Part shown: positions 29,540-38,626 of the stretch, piece after piece | Position numbering within the stretch: position 1 is the stretch's first letter | How the letters are laid out: every line of letters begins with the position of its first letter | NCBI GenBank assembly: GCA_963812915.1 | Contig: CAWEXB010000001.1 | Location: forward strand, 156,244 to 220,243 | Direction of reading: 5' to 3' | Source of the DNA: an uncultured Thermoleophilaceae bacterium | Lineage (GTDB): Bacteria > Actinomycetota > Thermoleophilia > Solirubrobacterales > Thermoleophilaceae | DNA: 64,000 bases | Notes under the pieces: model-generated | Database searches by the model: none | Told to the model about the DNA's origin: nothing | Seen by the model: only the letters and a program-made list of their open reading frames with translations | Made by a program: the position numbers and the translations under genes

Positions 29540-30310
29540 TTACCGGACACGGTAGATCCGGTACATGCCGAGCCGGTTGTGCTCGCTGAAGAAGCAGACC
29601 ATCCCATAGCGCCCCCGGCGCGGGAACCTGACCACATTGTCGTTCGTGGAACCCTGGCTGATCAGGCCCTGCACGTCGACGGGCTCGCCGGCGACGACGC
29701 GCTCGAGCGCCCTCTCGTTGGTGCCACGGAAGGCGCGCCCGATCTGCCTGTCGCTCACGCCCGGACGCAGCGGGAAAGCAAGCGCGAAGTGGAAGGTCGT
29801 ACCGTCGTTGTCGACGCGAATGCTGCCGTTGCGAGGCAGGGTAGTCGGCCCCCTGAACGCGTAGTCGACCATCCGAATGCGCGCATCGGGGGTGGGCGCC
29901 CGCGCTCCGCTTTCGGCGCCGGTCGTAAAGGTCGTGATCACCCGCGACCTGCCGGCGAACGCGGCCGCCACGTAGGTCGTATTCGGCCGTAGGTCAACCG
30001 TGACCGCGCGGCTCGGCAGGACCGACGCCTCGATGAAGATCTGGCTGAGCGCAGCCGCGTCGTTGCGCGAGAGGGTCTGGCGCGCCTGATCGACACTCAC
30101 ACCCGCTCGCAACGTGGCCAGCGTCAACTCGCCTCTTCCGGTGAACGTGAAGCGCGTGGGGCCGGCCGCGATCGGTCCGGAGGGCTCCAGTGTGACGTTC
30201 CCGCCCGCGGCGGTGACCGCCACCGTCGGAACCGATGTCTGGGCGCCCGCGAGGGCCGCGGGAATCCCCAGAAGCAGTATCGCCCCCAAGGCCAGCCTGA
30301 TTTTGCGCAC
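29540..30310 (-). CDS. Secreted two-domain protein; the C-terminal domain is cupredoxin-like
   Basis: Signal peptide MRKIRLALGAILLLGIPAALAGAQT. The C-terminal half is IRMVDYAFRGPTTLPRNGSIRVDNDGTTFHFAL ... GRYGMVCFFSEHNRLGMYRIYRV, giving an H...C-x4-H-x4-M pattern. A strong AGGAGG RBS precedes the GTG start. Confidence 0.55.
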   Translation of the reverse strand: MRKIRLALGAILLLGIPAALAGAQTSVPTVAVTAAGGNVTLEPSGPIAAGPTRFTFTGRGELTLATLRAGVSVDQARQTLSRNDAAALSQIFIEASVLPSRAVTVDLRPNTTYVAAAFAGRSRVITTFTTGAESGARAPTPDARIRMVDYAFRGPTTLPRNGSIRVDNDGTTFHFALAFPLRPGVSDRQIGRAFRGTNERALERVVAGEPVDVQGLISQGSTNDNVVRFPRRGRYGMVCFFSEHNRLGMYRIYRVR

Positions 30311-30396
30311 CTGAGCCTCCTGATCGACAGCGATCGAGGCGACCCTCTCTCAGCGCCGACCGCGATGTCAAGTCCGACGCGACGATTTTCCGCCGT

Positions 30397-31440
30397 TCAG
30401 GCGAACGCCGGCATCACCTCGTCATGGATGAGCTGGAGCTGGCCCTTCGCGTCCGGCACGTCGACGTCCTTCTGGGCGAACGCCTTGACGATCGGCGGAT
30501 CCGTGATGCACAGGATCATGTGGTTGACGCCGGTGGATTCGATCTCCTTGATCCTGGCGGTGCACTCCTCGGGAGTGCCGGCGATCGTGAGCTTCTCGGC
30601 CACCTCCGGCGAGGTCAGCTCGTACGCCTTGTCGAGCTCGCCCTTGCCGAGCGCCTCCACGATCGGAGCCAGGTCCGCTGGATCGATTCCGTGCCGCTGG
30701 AGCTGCTCGTCGGGCATCGAGGAGATGTAGAAGGCGACGATCGTCCGCGCGGTCCGTTTCGCCTCCTCGGCATCCCGGGCGCACGCGACGACGCACCAGG
30801 CGCCGATGTCGAGCTCCTTCCAGTCGCGGCCGGCGCGATCGGCGCCGATCTTGATGTTCTCCACCAGGTACTCGTAGGCCTCCTTCGAATAGCTGAGCGC
30901 GTGGTGGCAGCCGTCCGAGAGCTCGCCCGCCGCCTGGAACGACTTCGGCCCGCGCATGGCCCCGAAGATCAGCGGAATCCGCTCCTGCACCGGCCGGGCG
31001 AAGGTGAAGAGGCTGTCGTACTTGTAGAACTCCCCGTCGAAGGTGATCGTCCCCTCGTCTAGGAAGGTGCGCATCACGTGGTGCGCCTCCTTCACCCGGG
31101 AGAGCGGCTTCATCTTCTTCCAGTCCATCTTGTACTGGCTGAGCAGCCCGAAGTTGCCGATCGAGAAGACGCACTCGGTCCGGCCGCCCGTGACCTCGTC
31201 GAGAGTGGCGAGCGCCTGGACGACGTGGGTCGGCTCGCGAAGCCCGATCGGGGTGAGGTCGGGGCCGAAGCGGATGTTCTTCGTCTTGTCGGCCGCGGCC
31301 GCGAACAGCACCCACAGGTCCTTGTGCCAGGTCTCGTCGACCGAGTACACGGCGTGATACCCGAGCTCGTCGGCCTTCCGGATGGTGTCGATCGACTCCT
31401 GGATCGGATAGTCGGGCAGGGTCACGTAGCTGAACTTCAT
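30397..31440 (-). CDS. Luciferase-like monooxygenase (LLM) family oxidoreductase, probably F420- or flavin-dependent
   Basis: 347 aa with TIM-barrel LLM text (MKFSYVTLPDYP..., GGRTECVFSIGNFG, IPLIFGAMRGPKSF, AGTPEECTARIKEIESTGVNHMIL). The ATG overlaps the upstream stop (ATGA). Confidence 0.8.
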   Translation of the reverse strand: MKFSYVTLPDYPIQESIDTIRKADELGYHAVYSVDETWHKDLWVLFAAAADKTKNIRFGPDLTPIGLREPTHVVQALATLDEVTGGRTECVFSIGNFGLLSQYKMDWKKMKPLSRVKEAHHVMRTFLDEGTITFDGEFYKYDSLFTFARPVQERIPLIFGAMRGPKSFQAAGELSDGCHHALSYSKEAYEYLVENIKIGADRAGRDWKELDIGAWCVVACARDAEEAKRTARTIVAFYISSMPDEQLQRHGIDPADLAPIVEALGKGELDKAYELTSPEVAEKLTIAGTPEECTARIKEIESTGVNHMILCITDPPIVKAFAQKDVDVPDAKGQLQLIHDEVMPAFA

Positions 31441-31703
31441 GCGGCCTCCTCGGCGTCGATCTCCTCGAGCAGCTCCTCACCGGACACGATGTCGTCGGCG
31501 AAGTGGTCGTGCATCCAGGCCAGGTGCTCCCAGCGACTGGCGACGATCCGCAGCGTGTCCCACGCCTGGAACTGCTGCTGCGGCGTGTGCTCGGACATGA
31601 GGCCCGGATCGACCTCGTAGATGTGGTCGAAGCGCATGACGACGTCGTCCTTTATGCGCCTCGCCTCCGGCGGCCTCTGCGCGGCGAGCCTGAAGCCGAT
31701 CAC
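31437..31703 (-). CDS. Small acidic protein of unknown function, translationally coupled on both sides
   Basis: 88 codons from GTG 31703 (GTGA overlap with the FAD-oxidase stop), or 66 from ATG 31637. The stop lies in ATGA with the LLM start. The core is W/H-rich and the tail is DDIVSGEELLEEIDAEEAA. Confidence 0.5.
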   Translation of the reverse strand: MIGFRLAAQRPPEARRIKDDVVMRFDHIYEVDPGLMSEHTPQQQFQAWDTLRIVASRWEHLAWMHDHFADDIVSGEELLEEIDAEEAA

Positions 31704-33211
31704 CGCTCCCCCTCCTCGTAGGCCTGATCGAGCAGGTACTTGCCCGGGTTCATGACGTTGTTCGGGTCGAGCGCGCGCTTGAGCGTCTTCATCACCTCGA
31801 AGCCGCCGCCCAGCTCCGAGGGGACGAGATCCACCTCGCCCTCGCGGCAGGCGCCGTGGCACGCGGAGATCGAGCCGCCGTGCTCGATCGCGACCCGTGC
31901 GATCTCGCGCTTGGCCTCCACCCACGCCGCCCAGCTCTCGTCGTCCCACTGCATCTCCCAGATGCCGACGTCGATCTCGGTGAGGTAGTCCGCCCACGGT
32001 TTGAAGGCGCCGTTGGTGTAGGCGAACATGCCCCAGTCGTCGAACATGTCGAACCGCTCGCGCAGGTCGGCGACGATCGCATGCCACTTCTCGCGGACGG
32101 CGGGGAGCTGCGAGTAGAGGATCGAGGCGTCCTCGCAGTGCCAGCTCATCGGCACCACCTGACCGCTCCGCGCGCGGCCGTGCAGCGGCGTCGCGTAGCG
32201 GTCGTGGCGCGAGGCCCAGTCTCCCTGCGAGATCTCGTCGCCCAGGTACTCGCCGCCCGCCTCCTTCCCGATCCGCAGGATGCGCTTCGCCGAGGCCCGC
32301 ACCTCGTCGGCGTTGCCGTACATGGCGAGCGCCACGACGGCCTTCACCGACTCCGGCTGGGGGATGTAGGCCTCGTCGTCGCGGCGAAGGTAGGCGAGCT
32401 TCCACTCGTCGAACAGGACGACGCCGGCGAGGGTCGCGGCGCCCGAGCGGGCGAGCTCGCCGGTGGCCTTCCATGCGTCGAGGTAGCTGGGAAACGCCCA
32501 GAAGGCCGAGAACTCGGCCTCGGGGCGCTTGACGAGCTCGAGCGTGGCCTCGGTGGCGATGCCGAGCGTGCCCTGGTGCCCCATGAACAGATGCTTCAGC
32601 TGGTAGCCCGTGGACGACTTGCGCACCTTCCGGCCGCCGCCGTCGCCTACGCGGATGATCTCCCCGGTCGGGAGCACCATCTCGAAGCTGATGACGAGGT
32701 CGCGGGTGTGCCCGTAGCGGGCGCCGATGAGCGACCAGCCGCTCGTCCCGATCCGGCCGCCGACGAGCGAGCAGGGGTAGGAGGCGGGGTCGTCCGGATA
32801 GATGAAGCCGTGCCTTCGGAGCTCCTCGGAGAGCTTCAGCATGTTGATCCCGGGCTGGACGGTCACCGTGCGATCCGCGATGTCGATCTCGAGGATCCGG
32901 TTCATCAGCTTCACGTCGACCATGATCCCGTGGCGAAGCGGCACCGCCCCGTCGGTCAGGCCCGTGCCGCCGGCGCGGGGAACGACGGGGAGGCGCTCGC
33001 GGTTGGCGAGCTTCACGACCTCGGAGATTTGCTCCGCGGAGGTGGGGAGTACGACGACGTCCGGTACGAAGTCCTCCCAGCGGTGCACCGGAAACGGCGA
33101 CGGCACGCGCGCGCGGTTGAAGCGGGCCGAGCGGCCGGTGAAGACGTGCTCCTCGCCGCAGATCTGAACCAGCTCGTCGACGACGGCATCGGAGAGCGCG
33201 ACGGTGGCCAT
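31700..33211 (-). CDS. FAD-linked oxidase (PCMH/VAO-type FAD-binding, GlcD / D-lactate dehydrogenase / alkyl-DHAP-synthase-like)
   Basis: 503 aa. Motifs: VVLPTSAEQISEVVKLANRERLPVVPRAGGTGLTDG, KSSTGYQLKHLFMGHQGTLGIATEATLEL and the C-terminal HGGSISACHG. Confidence 0.85.
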   Translation of the reverse strand: MATVALSDAVVDELVQICGEEHVFTGRSARFNRARVPSPFPVHRWEDFVPDVVVLPTSAEQISEVVKLANRERLPVVPRAGGTGLTDGAVPLRHGIMVDVKLMNRILEIDIADRTVTVQPGINMLKLSEELRRHGFIYPDDPASYPCSLVGGRIGTSGWSLIGARYGHTRDLVISFEMVLPTGEIIRVGDGGGRKVRKSSTGYQLKHLFMGHQGTLGIATEATLELVKRPEAEFSAFWAFPSYLDAWKATGELARSGAATLAGVVLFDEWKLAYLRRDDEAYIPQPESVKAVVALAMYGNADEVRASAKRILRIGKEAGGEYLGDEISQGDWASRHDRYATPLHGRARSGQVVPMSWHCEDASILYSQLPAVREKWHAIVADLRERFDMFDDWGMFAYTNGAFKPWADYLTEIDVGIWEMQWDDESWAAWVEAKREIARVAIEHGGSISACHGACREGEVDLVPSELGGGFEVMKTLKRALDPNNVMNPGKYLLDQAYEEGER

Positions 33212-33212
33212 C

Positions 33213-34403
33213 TCAGACCCGCGCCGCCTGCGCCACGAGCTCCATCAGGTCGACGACCTCGACGTCCTGCTTTTCGCCCTGCTCTGTCAGCGGCCGCTCG
33301 GACCACACGCAGGCGGACACGAGCGTGTCAATCTCGAGCGCCTTGGCGCGCTCCACGCGGCGCCGGCTGATCTCGGCGGTGAGGTCGGGACGCTCGATAG
33401 CGAGCCCGGCGCCCGCGCCGGAGCAGTACGACCACTGCGTTACGTGGTCGACGTCCTTGAAGGTGAGTCCGGGGATCGCGCGCAGGATCTCGCGCGGTTC
33501 CTGGTGAATGCCCTTGCGCTTGTTGAGGCGGCAGGCGTCGTGATAGGTGGCGGTCCGCTCGACCGGCTGCGTGAGCTCCAGCTTGCCCTCGCGGATGAGC
33601 TCGGCGACGAGCTCGACGACGAGGACGATCTCGAAGTCGTAGTCGTCGCCGAAGAAGCGCGGATAGTCCTCGGTGAAGGAGATGTAGTCGTGGGGGTCGA
33701 GGACAAGGATCCGTTTGGCGCCGACCTCCCGCCAGTCGGCGACGTTGTGCTCGGCGAAGCGCCGAGCCTGGTCTGTGTACCCCATCTCCGCCGCCGGGCC
33801 GCCGCAGCACCACTGCTCGCGCATGAGTCCGAAGTCGACGCCGGCCTTCCTAAGGACCTGCGCCACCGCCCGCGGGACGCTCGTGCGGTAGAAGGCCGCC
33901 TCGCAGTCACAGAAGAGCACGGTCTCCCCGCCCACCGGGAGGTCCAGGCCCTCGGCCCAATCGGCCACGTGCTCCTGCGAGACGGGCGTCCCGTTCAGGA
34001 CCGGCTCGTTCCGCGCCTGGTCGGTGAGCTCGTTCCAGCGCTGCCAACCCGGCTGGTGGACCCCCTGCTCGACGGCGAGCGCCCGCATGGCCTTGACCAG
34101 ATCGACCGTGCGGGTGCGGAAGCGGTAGAAGTCGCCGGTGAACAGCGTGTTCGGGCAGCGCAGCTCGCACGCCCCGCACTGGGTGCAGTGCACGTAGTCG
34201 CGTGCGACGTCCTCGATCGTGAGGTGCCCCTGGTCCATCGCCACGACGTTTGCGTGGAAGGCCGTTGGGGTGTGCGCCTCGTCCCGCGTGACCTGGGTGA
34301 CGGGACAGACCTCGCGGCAGAACTTGTGGCCGGAGCTGTAGCAGTTGTACGCGGCGTTCCGCCACTCGGCGATGAACTCGTCCGTCGGGGTTTCTCGCGC
34401 CAT
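33213..34403 (-). CDS. (Fe-S)-binding protein with CCG domains (GlcF / HdrD-like)
   Basis: 396 aa, with the CTQCGACELRCP 4Fe-4S motif plus an N-terminal Cys cluster, and a CCG motif (EQWCCGGPA) with a second degenerate copy (YCSGAGAG). The stop is 1 nt from the next start. Confidence 0.8.
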   Translation of the reverse strand: MARETPTDEFIAEWRNAAYNCYSSGHKFCREVCPVTQVTRDEAHTPTAFHANVVAMDQGHLTIEDVARDYVHCTQCGACELRCPNTLFTGDFYRFRTRTVDLVKAMRALAVEQGVHQPGWQRWNELTDQARNEPVLNGTPVSQEHVADWAEGLDLPVGGETVLFCDCEAAFYRTSVPRAVAQVLRKAGVDFGLMREQWCCGGPAAEMGYTDQARRFAEHNVADWREVGAKRILVLDPHDYISFTEDYPRFFGDDYDFEIVLVVELVAELIREGKLELTQPVERTATYHDACRLNKRKGIHQEPREILRAIPGLTFKDVDHVTQWSYCSGAGAGLAIERPDLTAEISRRRVERAKALEIDTLVSACVWSERPLTEQGEKQDVEVVDLMELVAQAARV

Positions 34404-34467
34404 CCCTCTCCTCTTGCCCGGCGGTTGTGCAGTGGGGCGACTCTAACCGACCGGTATAAGTGGCGGA

Positions 34468-35226
34468 ATGGAGCAGAAGCCGGTGATCGGCCTCTCGATC
34501 AGCCTGCACGACTTCGGCGACTACGGAAGCGTCGGCTTCCAGCGCCCGGTCGCGCTTGCAGGCGGCGTGCCTGTGGCGCTCTCGCGGCTGGACGGATCCT
34601 TCCTCGACGACGCGCTGGACGCCTGCGATGGGATCCTTCTCGGCGGCGGGAGGGACATCGAGCCGCGCCTCTTCGGCCAGGAGCCGACGGAGCATCTCGC
34701 GGCCACGGAGCCCCACCGGGACGCCTTCGAGCTCGAGCTGGTGCGCCGCGCGCTCGACCGGAAGCTGCCGATCCTCGGCGCCTGCCGGGGCATCCAGATA
34801 CTGAACGTCGCACTCGGCGGCACCCTCGTCCAGGACGTCAGCGTCAAGGCCGAGTGGGCCGAGCATCCCTCCGACCGCGGCTGGCGGGCCTGGAAGGAGG
34901 TCGAACGCGCCTCGCTCGCGGGGGAGGAGGCGGTGCCGCCGCATCCGCGCCATCCGATCGCGGTCGAGCCCGGAAGCCGCCTCCACTCTGCGCTCGGCGT
35001 CGACGAGATCGAGGTGGACAGCTTCCACCACCAGGCGCTCGACCGGGTGGCGCCGGGCCTCACCGTGGTGGCACGCGCCCCCGACGGCGTGGTCGAGGCG
35101 GTCGAGATGGACGGCGACGCGTACGTGCTCGCCGTTCAGTGGGAGCTGCAGGAGGAATGGAGGGTGGACGGGCGCTTCCTCGAGCCGTTCGCCCAGTTCG
35201 TGGCGGCGGCCGCCGAGCGCCGGTAG
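34468..35226 (+). CDS. Gamma-glutamyl-GABA hydrolase-like class I glutamine amidotransferase (peptidase C26)
   Basis: 252 aa: GILLGGGRDIEP, the nucleophile elbow LGACRGIQILNVALGG, and FHHQA. Confidence 0.8.
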   Translation: MEQKPVIGLSISLHDFGDYGSVGFQRPVALAGGVPVALSRLDGSFLDDALDACDGILLGGGRDIEPRLFGQEPTEHLAATEPHRDAFELELVRRALDRKLPILGACRGIQILNVALGGTLVQDVSVKAEWAEHPSDRGWRAWKEVERASLAGEEAVPPHPRHPIAVEPGSRLHSALGVDEIEVDSFHHQALDRVAPGLTVVARAPDGVVEAVEMDGDAYVLAVQWELQEEWRVDGRFLEPFAQFVAAAAERR

Positions 35227-35230
35227 TTTC

Positions 35231-36225
35231 ATGGCGCGCACCTGGCACGAGCTGTTCGTCACGGGCGACGATGCGCCCGCGTCCCAGTCCGACACCGAGG
35301 AGGAGCCGCAGCGGCGCGGGTTCTTCCGGCGACTGCGGGACAACATGTCGAAGACGCGCCAGGCGCTTCGGCGCGGAGCTCCAGGCCACCGTGTTCCAGT
35401 CGCTCGACGACGAGGCCTTCGAGCGTCTGGAGGAGACGCTGATCTACGCCGACGTGGGCGCGCCGACCACGGCGAAGATCGTGGAGCGGCTCGAGAACGA
35501 GGCGGAGACCGGAGAGCTCCAGGGTGGGGAGGACCTCTCACGGCGCTTGCGCGAGCTGCTCGCCGACACCGCGCGGGTGAACGGGGACACCATCCCGCTC
35601 ACCGAGACCCCCACCGTGATCCTCGTGGTGGGCGTGAACGGCAGCGGCAAGACGACCACGATCGGCAAGATCGCCTGGCACCTCCAGAAGGAGCTCGGCC
35701 GATCGGTGCTGATCGCTGCCGGCGACACCTTCCGCGCCGCCGCCGCCGAGCAGCTCGCGCTCTGGGCCGAGCGCGCCGGCTGCGAATTCGTCCGCGGCAA
35801 CCCGGGCTCGGATCCGGGCGCGGTGATCTTCGACGCGATCGAGGCCGCCCGCGCGAGCGGCCACGACGTCGTGGTCTGCGACACCGCCGGCCGCCTCCAC
35901 ACCCAGCAGCACCTGATGGACGAGCTCCGCAAGGTGCGCAAGGTCATCTCGGGCCAGGTCGCCGGCGCGCCCCACGAGACGCTCCTGACGATCGACGCCA
36001 CCACCGGGTCAGAACGGCCTGCGCCAGGCGCTTCTGTTCCGCGAGGCGGTGGACGTGACGGGCATCGTTCTCACGAAGCTCGACGGCACGGCGAAGGGCG
36101 GCATCGCGCTGGCGATCGCCCAGGAGCTGGGCGTGCCGGTGAAGCTGATCGGGATCGGCGAGGCGCTCGAGGACCTGCGGCCGTTCGACCCGGACGACTT
36201 CGCCCGCGCGATACTCGAGCCGTGA
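35231..36225 (+). pseudogene. ftsY: Signal recognition particle receptor FtsY, 2 frame breaks (about 35368 and 36009)
   Basis: MARTWHELF..SKTRQA / GAELQATVF..VVGVNGSGKTTTIGK..DTAGRLHTQ..TIDATTG / QNGLRQALLFREAVDVTGIVLTKLDGTAKGG..LIGIGE. The second break is an extra t in gggTcagaac. Confidence 0.88.
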
Positions 36226-36230
36226 GCGGG

Positions 36231-37328
36231 ATGAGCGACGGCACCCGCCTGATCCGCGCCGGTCTGCCCGAGCCGGAGCAGGGAGCTCCGTTCCTGCCGG
36301 GTCCGGCGTTCGCCGGCCCCTTCCACCTCCAGGGCGAGGTCGCCACCTCGGACTGGAGCTACACGCGCTACGGCAACCCCACGTTCGCCCGCTACGAGGC
36401 CGCGCTGTCCGAGCTCGAGGGCGGCGAGGTGGTGGTCTTCGCCACCGGCATGGCGGCCGCGACCGCCCTGCTCCTCACCCGCCTTTCGCCCGGGTCGGCG
36501 GTCGCGATGGACAATGGCTGTTACCGCGGGGTCCGGCTGCTGGCGGAGGGCCACCTGGAGCCGCGCGGCGTGGAGGTGCGACTGGCCGCGCCGGCGGACC
36601 TCGAGGCAGCGGTGCGGGGCGCTCAGATGCTCTGGCTCGAGTCGCCGTCGAACCCGAAGCTCGAGGTCTACGACCTGGCGGCGCTGGCGGAGGCCGCCCG
36701 CGCGGAGGGCGCCGTCACGGTGGTGGACAACACGACGGCCGGCCCGCTCTACCAGAAGGCGCTCGACCTCGGCGCCGACTTTGCGCTGACCAGCGCGACC
36801 AAGCACCTATCGGGCCACGCCGACCTGATGCTCGGATACGTGGCCACGCGCGACGCCGAGCGCGCCCGAGCGCTGCGGGAGTGGCGCACCAAGGCCGGCT
36901 CCGTGCCTGGGCCGTTCGAGGTCTGGCTCGCGCATCGCTCGCTGCCCACGCTGGGGCTTCGGCTCGAGCGAGGCAGCGCGAATGCGCTGGCGCTCGCGGA
37001 GGCGCTGTCGGATCGCGACGACGTGACCGGCGTCCGGTATCCGGGCCTGCCCGGCGATCCCGGCCACGAGATCGCGCGCCGCCAGATGAAGGGGTACGGC
37101 ACGATCGTCGTCTTCGACGTCGGCGGCCGGGAGCGCGCGGAGCGCTTCCTCGGGGCCGCCAAGCTGGTCACCGAGGCCTCCAGCTTCGGCGGCGTGCAGA
37201 CCACGGCCGAGCGGCGGGCGCGCTGGGGCGGCGACAACGTGAGCGAGGGGTTCATCCGGCTCTCGGCCGGCTGCGAGGAGACCGCCGACCTCGTCGCCGA
37301 CGTGCGGGGCGCGCTCGACGGGGTGTGA
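36231..37328 (+). CDS. Cys/Met-metabolism PLP enzyme (cystathionine gamma-lyase/synthase family)
   Basis: 365 aa: YTRYGNPT, SPSNPKLEV, and TSATKHLSGHADL (PLP lysine). It lies in the frame of the long composite ORF 33204..37328. Confidence 0.85.
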   Translation: MSDGTRLIRAGLPEPEQGAPFLPGPAFAGPFHLQGEVATSDWSYTRYGNPTFARYEAALSELEGGEVVVFATGMAAATALLLTRLSPGSAVAMDNGCYRGVRLLAEGHLEPRGVEVRLAAPADLEAAVRGAQMLWLESPSNPKLEVYDLAALAEAARAEGAVTVVDNTTAGPLYQKALDLGADFALTSATKHLSGHADLMLGYVATRDAERARALREWRTKAGSVPGPFEVWLAHRSLPTLGLRLERGSANALALAEALSDRDDVTGVRYPGLPGDPGHEIARRQMKGYGTIVVFDVGGRERAERFLGAAKLVTEASSFGGVQTTAERRARWGGDNVSEGFIRLSAGCEETADLVADVRGALDGV

Positions 37329-38171
37329 CGACCCCCCTGCTCGTCACCGGCGGTACGGGCTACCTCGGAGGCGAGCTGCTGCGCCGGGCGCCGGCGGTCG
37401 GCACCTGGCACTCCCGGGAGCCCACGGCCCGCGGCGACTGGCTGCGGCTCGACGTGCGCGACGAGCCCGCCGTGCGACGCGAGCTCCGGCGCTTGCGCCC
37501 CGCGACGGTGATACACACCGCCTACCGCCAGGACGACCGCGCCGTGACCCTCGACGGGGCGGCCGCGGTGGCGGAGGCCGCGGCGGCGGTGGGAGCACGG
37601 CTCGTGCACGTCTCGAGCGACGTCATCTTCGACGGGACGAAGCCGGGCCCCTACACCGAGCAGGATCCGCCCAGCCCGATTACCGACTACGGACGGGCAA
37701 AGGCGGAGGCGGAGCGCGCCGTGCGAGCGGCCCACCGCGACGCGCTTGTGGTGCGCACGTCGCTCCTCTACGGCGGGTCTCGAGCCGAGCCGGCACGAGC
37801 GCCTGGCCCACGAGGCCGCCGCCGGCCGCGGCGACATGACGTTCTTCGAGGACGAGCTGCGCTCGCCGGTGCTCGTTGGCGAGCTCGCGAGCGCTCTGCT
37901 CGAGCTCGCCGCCCGCGAGGAGCGCGGGATCCTGCACGTTGCGGGATCCGACACGGTCAGCCGCTACCAGTTTGCCTGCCTGCTCGCCCGGGCCCATGGG
38001 CTGTCCGGCGAGCGGATCCGGCGGAGCAGACTCGGGGGCTCGGGCCCTGTACGGCCCGCCAACTGCGCGCTCGACTCGAGCCGCGCACGAGCGCTGCTTC
38101 GCGTCCGGCTGCACGGCGTTCTGGAGTACTCGGCCGGCCGTACAGCGGCGGCCGGCGGGCCGCCCCCGTAG
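37325..38171 (+). pseudogene. RmlD-like sugar-nucleotide reductase / SDR family protein, one frame break near 37775
   Basis: The GTG overlaps the upstream stop. LLVTGGTGYLGGEL, VSSDVIFDG and YGRAKAEAE are in ORF 36881... The protein continues as FFEDELRSPVLVGELASALLEL..ILHVAG in ORF 37746..38171. Confidence 0.7.
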
Positions 38172-38183
38172 GATCGGTTGCGA

Positions 38184-38609
38184 ATGGACGAGTGGGTCTG
38201 GTGGATGATCGCGGCGGGGGTGCTCGCGGTCGGTGAGATTGCCACGGTCGGCTTCTTTCTCGGGCCGGTCGCGATCGCGGCCGTACTGGCGGCCATCGTC
38301 GCGCTGGTTGGCGGCGGCCTCGCGCTGCAGTGGACCGTGTTCGTCGCTGCCTCAATCGCGTCCCTCCTCGGGCTCCGCCCGCTCGCGCGCCGCCACCTGC
38401 GCACCCCCGCCCGGCTCCGCACCGGGACGGCGGCGCTGGTCGGCGCGCCGGCTCTGGTGCTCGAGCGGGTCGACGTGAACGGCGGGCAGGTGAAGATCGG
38501 CGGCGAGGTCTGGAGTGCGCGATCCTACGATGAGGACGAGGTGATCGAGCCCGGCGCCCGTGCCACTGTCATGAAGATCGACGGCGCCACGGCGCTCGTC
38601 GCCGAATAG
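38184..38609 (+). CDS. NfeD-family membrane protein
   Basis: Two or three N-terminal TM helices plus a C-terminal OB-like beta domain (GQVKIGGEVWSARS...ATVMKIDGATALV). It sits immediately upstream of an SPFH gene. Confidence 0.75.
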   Translation: MDEWVWWMIAAGVLAVGEIATVGFFLGPVAIAAVLAAIVALVGGGLALQWTVFVAASIASLLGLRPLARRHLRTPARLRTGTAALVGAPALVLERVDVNGGQVKIGGEVWSARSYDEDEVIEPGARATVMKIDGATALVAE

Positions 38610-38626
38610 GAGGAAGTGGGTCTCGA

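Noticed and set aside
33204-37328. A 1374-aa plus-strand ORF that looks like a giant fusion protein.
   Set aside because: It is a chimera: the antisense of the Fe-S/CCG gene, an out-of-frame stretch, the middle of ftsY and the PLP enzyme read through in one frame. Only the ftsY core and 36231..37328 are real coding text.
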